A DNA stretch of 64,000 bases from a virus (Duplodnaviria > Heunggongvirae > Uroviricota > Caudoviricetes), in IMG/VR virus record IMGVR_UViG_3300048574_000421; one strand, written 5' to 3'. Below are positions 21,074-31,200 of the stretch, one piece after another. The translations under genes were made by a program, and so were the position numbers. Positions within the stretch are counted from its first letter, which is position 1. Each line of letters starts with the position of its first letter. Below the pieces are notes generated by a model. That model did no database searches. It worked only from the letters and a program-made list of their open reading frames with translations, and had not been told where the DNA came from.

Positions 21074-21420
21074 GCGTTCCCATTAAATCATTAATCATAG
21101 ATGCTTTTGCAAAAATTGAACGACAAGATCAAAGAGTAGTAAGAATAAGAGCAAATTATAGATCTGCGTATGCTATTAAACAGAGTTTCAACAGTGAATT
21201 TGACGAGATAACAAACGAACACTTACAACGTTTAGTTCCTAGTTGGTTTGGTTCTCTTTTTGGTGCACATATCTATATTGACAATGAGTTAGAACAAGTC
21301 GTTTTCGAAGGCGATCACGGCGCTACAACAAAACTTACATTTGAAACAACAAAAAAAGAACCTGTCATTAAACTACAAGATACAAAAAGAAAATTCAAAT
21401 TTATATTGGAGGAAAGATGA
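21070..21420 (+). CDS. Stand-alone paralog of the major capsid protein A-domain
   Basis: DAFAKIERQDQRVVRIRANYR..FDEIT..LFGAHIYI aligns with MCP DAFAEVEKHDLRVARMFMNAR..LDPVT..IWGADIIV. Confidence 0.7.
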   Translation: MSVPIKSLIIDAFAKIERQDQRVVRIRANYRSAYAIKQSFNSEFDEITNEHLQRLVPSWFGSLFGAHIYIDNELEQVVFEGDHGATTKLTFETTKKEPVIKLQDTKRKFKFILEER

Positions 21421-22130
21421 TGAATAACAAAGATACTTTTGTAGAAAAACTTGACGAATGCGGCGAAATCAAATATGAAATGTCTGAAGTTCATAGTAGA
21501 ATTCTTGGTAAACTCAAAGCTGTCTATGGTCTTGTTTTTAAACGCGAAAAACGTGATTTTCTTTCTCTTAAAAACATGCAATATTTTAAAGGTGGTGTTG
21601 CTTCTCCAGATGCACGTCCAAGACTTCACGAAACTCTCGACACATTTATCAATTTAGCTAATCATTATGAATTTCTTGGTGATGATGAATTAAAGTCTTA
21701 CCTTGAAGCTCATGGCATTTCAATCACTATTACTACTCCTAATCTTGAAGATGGTCCTGTTGTTGTCGCAAAAGAAGATAACAAAGAGCTTGAAAGATCA
21801 TGGCAATTCGCAATGTCTGGCGAAACAATGCCTGGAACAAAAAAAGAAGTACTAAACGCTATTCTTGATAGATCAATTGAAACACAAAAAGCAATTGAAG
21901 ATAAAAAAGAAGAAATAGAGAAAAAAGCTGAAGATGTTAGTCTTGAATGTCAAGTTAAAAAGCCTTTCTTTTTGAAAGCTGTAGCAATAAAAGTTCAAGA
22001 ACTTAAGAAAAAATCTGTCGATAATGAACTTAAAAAAATAGAAGATGATATTGAAGCATCAAATGATATCATTGGTATTTTTGACGCACTAAAAACAGTA
22101 GAAGCGCAAGAACAGGAAGAAAAAGCATAA
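21417..22130 (+). CDS. Hypothetical helical protein; C-terminal part weakly like T4 DsbA/GapR dsDNA-binding proteins
   Basis: 237 aa, GGAGG RBS; IEDKKEEIEKKAEDVSLECQVKKPFFLKAV. Confidence 0.55.
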   Translation: MMNNKDTFVEKLDECGEIKYEMSEVHSRILGKLKAVYGLVFKREKRDFLSLKNMQYFKGGVASPDARPRLHETLDTFINLANHYEFLGDDELKSYLEAHGISITITTPNLEDGPVVVAKEDNKELERSWQFAMSGETMPGTKKEVLNAILDRSIETQKAIEDKKEEIEKKAEDVSLECQVKKPFFLKAVAIKVQELKKKSVDNELKKIEDDIEASNDIIGIFDALKTVEAQEQEEKA

Positions 22131-22132
22131 AA

Positions 22133-23407
22133 ATGAAATCTATCTATTTTTTTGGATATGGAGGTTCTAGCGTCTTGTTAGAACCTTTAAGACCTATTAT
22201 TGAAAAACTGGGTATGAAGCTCATTACTATCCATGAATGGGAAGATGCTGACATAAAATGGGAACTTTCAACATGGCTTGAGCATCTTAAAAAAGCTGAT
22301 ATTATAATTATACCTGCAAATTATGAAATACAGCCTTGTAAAAGCAATACACGTTTGACACAAGCTCTTTCTTTAGGGAAACCCGTAATATGTTCTCCTC
22401 TTGATGCTTATTGGAAAGTAAATGAAAAATTTCCCGGGTGTTGCATTTTTGCGTCAAATCTTTCTGAATGGGAATTTCATCTTACAAGTTTAAGAGACGA
22501 CGACAATTTATGTAAAATCATATCTGAAAGAGCTTTAAAAGCTGCCCAAAGTTATTCAATTGAAGAAATAACGAAAAAATGGATTAATGTTATTAATTAT
22601 ACTGATTCTTTAGATATTGTCATTCCTTCATATAACAATGTTGAATATTTGAAGTTATGTATACAATCTATAAGAAAAAATACAAAATCATATAACATCA
22701 TTATAAGTGATGCAGGTAGCAATGCTTCAACTTGGGAGTTTTATAGAATTCTCAAAAATGTCACTATACTTGGTGAACAAGACAAAAGATTAAATTTTTC
22801 ACAAACATGTAATGCTGGTATCAAGCACTCTACTTCAGAATATTTTGTTCTTTTAAATTCCGACACTATTGTTTCTAAAAATTGGGACGAAAATCTTCTC
22901 AAAAAAATGAAGGCTGATCAAAATCTAGCAGCTTGTGGTGTGCTTTCAAATTGTGATCGTTATTGGTTGCATGATGCTCCTGGTAAGCCTACTTATCCAA
23001 TGAGTATTCCTGGTTTAGACCTTGTGCCAGGAATGAAAGCGTGTCAGTTAGAAGACAGACTAGAAAACTTATATAGTTTTATGGACAAATCAAATCAATC
23101 ACACGCTGGGACTCTCGTTGAACAGGAATGGGTAGCGTACTATGCAACCATGTTTAATAAAAAAATCTTTAACGAAGTTGGTTTGTTAGACCCAGGTTTT
23201 AAGAACGGGTGTGAAGATTTAGATCATTGTATTAGAATTAAAAAGATGAAATATAAAATAGCGCAAGCTGTTGATAGTTTTGTTTTCCATTTTGGCGGAA
23301 TTACTCGTGGAAGTTATGAAATTGAAGGTAGAGAACATTATCATCAAGAAGATAGAGAAAATCATGCTTACTTAAAACAAAAGTGGGGTGATTATCAAAA
23401 AGTGTAG
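22133..23407 (+). CDS. GT-B C-terminal half fused to a GT2 glycosyltransferase
   Basis: FFGYGG..KSNTRLTQALSLGKPVICSP (GT4-like C domain); DIVIPSYNN..LLNSDT..GCEDLD. Confidence 0.85.
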   Translation: MKSIYFFGYGGSSVLLEPLRPIIEKLGMKLITIHEWEDADIKWELSTWLEHLKKADIIIIPANYEIQPCKSNTRLTQALSLGKPVICSPLDAYWKVNEKFPGCCIFASNLSEWEFHLTSLRDDDNLCKIISERALKAAQSYSIEEITKKWINVINYTDSLDIVIPSYNNVEYLKLCIQSIRKNTKSYNIIISDAGSNASTWEFYRILKNVTILGEQDKRLNFSQTCNAGIKHSTSEYFVLLNSDTIVSKNWDENLLKKMKADQNLAACGVLSNCDRYWLHDAPGKPTYPMSIPGLDLVPGMKACQLEDRLENLYSFMDKSNQSHAGTLVEQEWVAYYATMFNKKIFNEVGLLDPGFKNGCEDLDHCIRIKKMKYKIAQAVDSFVFHFGGITRGSYEIEGREHYHQEDRENHAYLKQKWGDYQKV

Positions 23408-24122
23408 TGTAGATAAACATGGACCAATCATAGAAGAATATTCTGTTCAAGCTAAGATTCATCCTGACATTTCAGGTACACACTGTTGGATTTTGTCAGC
23501 TAAAAGCTATTGCAGTTTTTCAAAATATAAAAAGATTTTTTGGGAAAAAGCAAAAGGAATTAGACCCAAAAATTTATTTCTTTGTCATAAATGCGATAAC
23601 ATAAACGGGTTTTGCGTAAATCCTGATCATCTTTTTTTGGGCACAGCAAAAGACAATTCACAAGATGCATCAAAAAAGAAAAGAATGCACGGTTCATATT
23701 CTGAAGATGTAAAAGATAAAAAAAGGGGCAAAAAACTTTCTGAAGAAACTAAACAAAAAATTTCAAAAAAAGTGAACAAATTTTATAATGAAAATATTGA
23801 TGCAAAAATAAATACTTCAAGAGCAACACAATTATCAATGTATGACGACTTTGGCAATGTAAAAAGAAAATATAAAAATAGTTTAGGAATACAAAATATT
23901 TGTTTAAAAAACAACAAATATCAAGTTAGTGCAACAAAAAACTTAAATAACGAAAACGAATCGACAAGTTTGTTAAACACATTAAAATGTTTTGATAATG
24001 ATTTGAAATTTAAACCACCTAAAAAAATATTTCAAGTATCTGTATATAAAAATTTTTTTAATTTAAACGAAGCAATTACTTACAAAGAAACTTTATTACC
24101 AATTATTCACAAAACATTATGA
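23388..24122 (+). CDS. HNH homing endonuclease with NUMOD3-type repeat
   Basis: CW...LCHKCDN...CVNPDHLFLGTAKDNSQD; RGKKLSEETKQKIS. Confidence 0.85.
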   Translation: MIIKKCSVDKHGPIIEEYSVQAKIHPDISGTHCWILSAKSYCSFSKYKKIFWEKAKGIRPKNLFLCHKCDNINGFCVNPDHLFLGTAKDNSQDASKKKRMHGSYSEDVKDKKRGKKLSEETKQKISKKVNKFYNENIDAKINTSRATQLSMYDDFGNVKRKYKNSLGIQNICLKNNKYQVSATKNLNNENESTSLLNTLKCFDNDLKFKPPKKIFQVSVYKNFFNLNEAITYKETLLPIIHKTL

Positions 24123-25192
24123 AAAAATCTATTTGTTTTTTTTCAGGACCCTCTTTTGAAAAATGGAACTATAATTCTTGTGAAACATCAGGAATTGGAG
24201 GTTCAGAAACTTGGGCTATAAAATTGTCTGAAGAACTTGCTACATTAGGTTACAGAGTTTTGAATTTCGCAGACTGTTCAATTGAAGGTAAATTCAATGG
24301 TGTCGAATGGTTTCATTTTTCTAAACTCACTGAATTTATAGAGTACAACTGGTTTGACTATTTTATTTCATCAAGAACAACAGATGTTTTTCGTTTGAAT
24401 ATTAGAGCAGGTAAAAAATTCACAATCATTCATGATATTTGGTTGTCATCAGAAAATACAATTCCTTATCAAGAAAAAGTCGATAAATTTCTTGTTCTTT
24501 CTGAATGGCATAAACAGTTTGTAAGTCAACATCATGGATTGTCTTTAGATCGTTTAATTATGACAACTAACGGTATTGATCTAAAAAGATACGAAAAGTC
24601 AGTCGAAAGAAATCCTTATAGATTACATTGGAGTTCAAGTCTAGATAGAGGTCTTGACACTCTTCTCTATTTATTTGACTTTATTAAGCAAAGTGTCCCA
24701 AAATTAGAATTACATATTTTTTATGGAATAGATAATTGGTTAAAAGTTGCTAAATATAAACATGGTGAATCTGAGAAAATAAGAAAACTCCAAGAAGCTA
24801 TGAAAAAACCTGGTGTTTTTTATCATGGAAGAGTTGGCCAAGAACAACTTGCCGAAGAACAACTTAAAGCTTCATTATGGGCATATCCAACTGATTTTGA
24901 AGAGACAAATTGTATTACTGCAATAGAATGTCAAGCTGCAGGTTTACCAGTTATTGCTTCAAATTACGCAGGATTACAAACAACAGTTAATAGTTCTGGT
25001 ATTTTATTAGGGCAAGGCAGAAAAGGTGAATCATCACTTTTAGATTATAGACTCGAATTTGTTTCTAAATGCATAGAGTTATTAACAAATAAAGCTCTAT
25101 GGCAAGAATGGTCGCAAAAAAGCCTCGAAAATGCTAGAAAATTTGAGTGGAGCAAAATTGCTAAACAGTGGTCAGAACAAATTTTGTGTTAA
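24119..25192 (+). CDS. GT4-like (GT-B) glycosyltransferase
   Basis: GIGGSE, LSEWHK, NGID, SSLDRGL, ETNCITAIECQAAGLPVI. Confidence 0.9.
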   Translation: MKKSICFFSGPSFEKWNYNSCETSGIGGSETWAIKLSEELATLGYRVLNFADCSIEGKFNGVEWFHFSKLTEFIEYNWFDYFISSRTTDVFRLNIRAGKKFTIIHDIWLSSENTIPYQEKVDKFLVLSEWHKQFVSQHHGLSLDRLIMTTNGIDLKRYEKSVERNPYRLHWSSSLDRGLDTLLYLFDFIKQSVPKLELHIFYGIDNWLKVAKYKHGESEKIRKLQEAMKKPGVFYHGRVGQEQLAEEQLKASLWAYPTDFEETNCITAIECQAAGLPVIASNYAGLQTTVNSSGILLGQGRKGESSLLDYRLEFVSKCIELLTNKALWQEWSQKSLENARKFEWSKIAKQWSEQILC

Positions 25193-25214
25193 ATTTATTC
25201 TGACCACTTAATTT

Positions 25215-28200
25215 TTAAACCCCTACTCTTAGAGATTGATCAGATGTATTTAACCAAACTTCCCCTGCAACAGCTCCAGCATTTGCTTGCGAAGTACCTG
25301 TTTTTATACCACTCAAAAACATATTACCTCGAATAGTTAGAGTGTTATTTATAATATTATGTGTATGATTATTTTGAGTATCTAGTGTTTTAAGATACCC
25401 AGATGTCATCACTCTAGTATTTGTTCCACTATAACCTACTGCTACAAAAATCCCATTTTCATAACAAATCGATGCCCAAGAGTTATCTATCACAGATGTC
25501 TTTGATGTCCAAGTAATACCATCAGGAGATGTCATTACTCTATTACTTGTACCTGAATTTGACACAGCTACAAACAAACCATTGCCATAACAGACTGACA
25601 CCCACTGATTATTCACAGCAGCTGACCTACTTGTCCAAGTGATCCCATCAGGAGACGTCATCACTCTATCAGTACCGTTATAAGCTATAGCTACAAATAA
25701 ACCGTTTCCATAACATATGTCATACCAATCATTGTCTGCTGCTGAAGTCTGTATAGTCCAAGTAATACCATCAGGCGAAGTCATTACTCTATTTCCTGTA
25801 CCTGTTAAAGCTACAGCTACGAACAAACCATTACCATAACATACTTTATACCAGTTGTTGTCAACAGGATTTGTTCTTGATGTCCAAGTGATACCATCAG
25901 GAGATGTCATCACTCTATTTCCTGTACCATTACTAGAGACAGCTACAAACAAACCATTGCCATAACATACACCGTCCCACTGATTTGCTGCTGCAGGTGT
26001 TACTAATGACCAACTTATACCATCATAAGAGATCATTGTTCTGTTACTTGCGCCAGAATGTGCAACTGCAACAAAAACGCCATTTCCATAACAGACATCA
26101 TACCAGTTGTTGTCAGCAGCTGACGTTCTTATTGTCCAGTTAACTCCATCAGATGAAGTCATTACTCTGTTACTTGTACTTGATGATGCTACAGCTACAA
26201 ACAAGCCATTTCCATAACATACACCATACCATAAGTTATCAGCAGCAGATGTTCTTGTTACCCAGTCATGTGCTGGATTTACTTTTAATCCAGAAAAATT
26301 CATGCTTCCAGTGATATTTTGTGTGCCTGTTATAGTTTGAATACCAGTAATGTTTTGCAAACCTGAAACAGTTTGAGTTCCTACTATATTTTGTGAACCT
26401 ATCATGAGATCATGATTATGATTAGTCTGTTCCTCAAGAACATCCATAGCACCAGATGTCATCACTCTATCACCAGTTCCTGAATAAGCTACGGCTACAA
26501 ACATGCCTCTGCCGTAACATACTCCTCTCCAGTTATTATTTGCAGCTGATGTTCTTAAAGACCAAGTGATACCATCAGGAGATGTCATTACACGATTACC
26601 TGTTCCACTATAAGCAACAGCTACATACATTCCTTTTCCATAACACACAGATGCCCAGCTATTGTCAGCTGCACTAACTCTTGATGTCCAAGTAATACCA
26701 TCAGGAGATGTCATCACTCTATTTTTAACCCCTGAAGTTGAAACTGCTACAAAAAGACCATTTCCATAACATAAACCTCTCCAGTTATTATCAGCTGCAC
26801 TTGTTCTAATAGTCCAAGTAATACCATCAGGAGATGTCATCACTCTGCTATTTGTTCCTGTTATTGATGTAGCTACAAACAACCCATTACCATAACATAC
26901 AGCAAACCAATCATTATTTGCAGCACTTGTTCTAAGAGTCCAAGTAATACCATCAGGAGATGTCATCACTCTATTTCCTGTGCCTGAATAAGCTACAGCT
27001 ACAAAAAGACCTTCACCATAACAAATTGAAGTCCAATCATTATTTGCTGCACTCGTTCTACTTGTCCAAGTGATACCATCAGGAGATGTCATCACTCTGT
27101 TTCCTGTTCCAGTGTATGATACAGCTACAAATAATCCATTACCATAACATACTGATATCCACTCGTTGTTAACTGGGTTTGTTCTTATAGTCCAATTAAC
27201 TCCATCAGAAGAAGTTAATATTCGGTTATCTAAACCATCAACACTAGCCACAGCTACAAATATTCCATTGCCATAGCAGACGCCAAGCCATTGATTGTCT
27301 ACTATAGATGCTCTTGTTGTCCATTTTATTCCGGGCATCATATCTATATTAGAAACAGTAAGACTTCCTGTTATGTCTAAATCATTATTGATTAACTTGT
27401 GACTATGTTTATTTTGCTCGTCTATAGTTTTTACAGCTCCAGAAGTCATTGCTCTATTGCCCGTACCTGTATAAGATACTGCAACAAAACATCCATTTCC
27501 ATAGCACACATTTACCCAACCATTGTCTACAGCACTTCTTCTAATTGTCCAAGTAATACCATCAGGAGACGTCATCACTCTATTTCCAACACCCGAATAA
27601 GCAATAGCTACAAACAAACCTTCTCCATAACAAACATTATACCAGTTGTTGTCAACAGGCGTTGTTCTGATTGTCCAATCAACACCATTTGGAGATGTCA
27701 TTACGCGATTACTTGTCCCACTATAAGAAACAGCTACAAATAATCCATCACCATAACACACAGATATCCAAGAATTGTCAACAGGTGTCGTTTGTATTGT
27801 CCAATTGATACCATCAGGAGATGTCATTACACGATTATTTGTTCCTGTTTCAGATACTGCTACAAATAAACCATTTCCATAACATACACCTACCCAACTG
27901 TTATCTACAGGTGTTGTTCTTAAAGTCCAATCAATACCATTAGGAGAAGTCATCACTCGATTTAGTGTTCCTGTGTAAGAAACAGCTACAAATAATCCAT
28001 TACCATGACACACAGAAAACCAATAGTTATCAGCTGCTGAAGATCTACTTGTCCAAACAATACCATCAGGAGACGTCATTACTCTATTGCCAGTTCCAGA
28101 ATTAGATACTGCAACAAACAAACCATTGCCATAACAGACTTTATACCAGTTGTTGTCTGCTGCTGATGTTCTACTTGTCCAGTTAGCGCCATCAGGCGAA

Positions 28201-31200
28201 GTCATTACTCTATTTCCTGTACCTGTTATAGATGTAGCTACAAACAAACCGTTTCCATAACATACTCCATACCAGCTATTGTCAACAGGTGTTGTTCTTG
28301 ATGTCCAGCCTGTACCCGACAATGTAACGTTTTTACCAGAAACTACTAGATCCCCTTCAATGTCAACATCATTATTGAAAATACTATGACTATGATTGTC
28401 TTCAACATCTATTTGTTTTACAAAACCTGATGTCATCACTCTACCTGTAGTTCCTGAACCAGCTACTGCAACAAACATTCCATTGCCGTAACATGCACCA
28501 TACCATAAAAGGTCTGCAGCAGTTATTCTTGATGTCCAGTTGATTCCATCAGGTGACGTCATTACTCTACTACCTGTTCCTGAATAAGCTACAGCTACAA
28601 ACATTCCATCACCATAACAAATACTATAAAATGCGACGTCAATAGGTGTTGTCCTTACTGTCCAATTGATACCATCAGGAGATGTCATTATACGATTATT
28701 TGTCCCTGATGATGCAACAGCAACAAACAAACCTTTTCCATAACATACTGCTTGCCAGTTATTATCGACAAGTGTCGTTTGTATAGTCCAAGTAATACCA
28801 TCAGAAGAAGTCATCACACGATTATTTGTTCCTGTTGCTGCAACTGCAACAAAAAGACCGTTTCCATAACATAGTCCTGCCCAACTATTATTAGCTGCTG
28901 ATGTTCTAGTTGTCCAAACAATACCGTCTGGAGACGTCATCACTCTATTTCCTGTTCCAGATATTGCAACAGCTACAAACAATCCATTACCATAACAAAT
29001 ATTATACCATTGATTAGATGCTGCACTTGTTCTGTTTGTCCAAGTAATACCATCAGGAGACGTCATCACTTGATTACCTGTTCCAGTGTATGATACAGCT
29101 ACAAACAATCCGTTACCATAACATACAGCATACCATCCTATGTCTACAGGATTATATCTTGTTGTCCAGTTGACTCCATCAGGGGATGTCATTATTCTGT
29201 TGTTTGTGCCTGTACCCTGATAAGCAACAGCTACAAATAATCCATTACCATAACAAACTTTTGACCAATCAGCATCAACAGATGAATCTCTTAATGTCCA
29301 TTCTATACCAGGAACAACTTCTAAATCTGATACATTAAGACTCCCTCGTACATTAAGATCATTGTTTATAAAATTGTGAGTATGATCATACTGTTCATCT
29401 ATCTCTTCTATAAAACCAGATGTCATGACTTTATCGTTAGTTCCTGAGAAAGAAACAGCTACAAACATCCCGTTACCATAACATACAGCATACCAGTTGT
29501 TAGCAACTGTAGTTGTTCTTGTTGTCCAATTGATACCATCAGAAGATATCATTACTCTATTACCAGAACCTGTTTGAGCTACAGATACAAAAAGTCCATT
29601 ACCATAACAAACTCCTAACCACTGGTTGTCTACAGGCGATGTTCTTATTGTCCAATCTATGCCATTAGGTGAAGTCATTACTCTATTACCCGTACCACTA
29701 TTAGCTACAGAAACAAATAGTCCATTTCCATAACATACATCAATCCATGCATTATCTACAGGAGTTGTTCTTAAGGTCCAAGTAATACCATCAGGAGATG
29801 TCATCACTCTGTTGGGAACTCCTGTACCATTAGCAACAGCTACAAATAAACCATTACCATAACAGACTGAAACCCAAGGGTAATCTGCAGGTGTTGTTCC
29901 AATAGTCCAAGTGATGCCATCAGGAGACGTCATCACCCTATTTCCTGTTCCCGATGCTGCAACAGCTACAAACAATCCATTACCATAACAAACTTTATAC
30001 CAGTTATTATCTGTAGGTGTTGCTCTAGCTGTCCAATTAATACCATCAGGAGACGTCATAGCTTTATTTGGAGGTGATGAAGTACTAGCAACAGATACAA
30101 ACAAACCATTACCATAACAAACTGATCCCCAACTATTATCTGCTGCTGAAGTTCTTGATGTCCAGTTTACGCCATCAGGAGATGTCATTACTCTATTACC
30201 AGTTCCAGAGTTAGATGTTGCAACAAATAAACCATTTCCATAACATAATCCATAAAAATTATTTGTTGGTGTTGTTCTACTTACCCAATCATATCCAGCT
30301 ATAACATTACCAACACCTGTTGCACCTTGTTGTCCACCAGAAGGTCCTGTCACTCCCTGAAGTCCTGTTGCACCCTGTGGTCCACCTGATGGACCTGTTG
30401 TTCCTTGTAATCCTGTAAAACCTCTTACACCTGTTATACCAAATAATCCTGTGAAACCTTGAGGCCCTGTAATACCTTGCCCAGTAACACCTTGAACTCC
30501 TGTCGAACCCCGAAGTCCAGTTGCTCCTTGAGGACCACCAAATGGGCCTGTCACACCTTGAATACCAGTTGTTCCTCTTAAGCCTGTAATTCCTTGTAGA
30601 CCTGTCTCACCAGTTATTGCAAGCCCAGTAAAACCCTGTTCCCCAGTAATACCTTGTACTCCAGTTTGTCCTGTTATTGAAAGTCCAGTAATACCTTGTG
30701 AACCAGTTGTTCCTTGAAGTCCAGTAACACCCTGTTGTCCTCCAGTTGGCCCTGTAACACCTTGAAATCCTGTAAATCCTCTTAAACCAGTGATTCCTTG
30801 AGTACCTGTACCTTGTATTCCAGTTACTCCTTGTATTCCAGTTATACCTTGTGTACCATTAAGACCTGTTATACCTTGAATTCCTGTTTGTCCCTGAATT
30901 CCATAACCTGTAGTTCCTTGACTACCAGTAACTCCTTGTGAACCATTTAAACCTGTTGAACCCTGAAGACCTTGACTACCTGTGACTCCTTGAGTACCTG
31001 TCTGTCCTTGACTGCCTTCTAATCCTGTAAAGCCTTGTTCTCCTGCTAAACCAGTTGTTCCTTGAACTCCAGTCACTCCTTGAAGTCCTTCCAACCCTGT
31101 CAAACCTTGAGATCCAGCAGTTCCTTGTGCACCTGTTGCTCCTTGAAGTCCTTCAATACCTGTTATTCCTTGTTGACCTTCAAGACCTGTTATTCCTTGG

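Noticed and set aside
20310-23410. Stop-codon reassignment (TAG/TGA) explaining the split GT
   Set aside because: Reading through TAG 20312, TGA 21073 or TAG 23407 hits an in-frame TAA within a few codons, and long genes are intact in code 11
20310-24120. Group I/II introns as the GT insertions
   Set aside because: The inserts are almost fully occupied by ORFs, leaving no room for a ribozyme core, and no conserved intron motifs were recognised; not excluded experimentally
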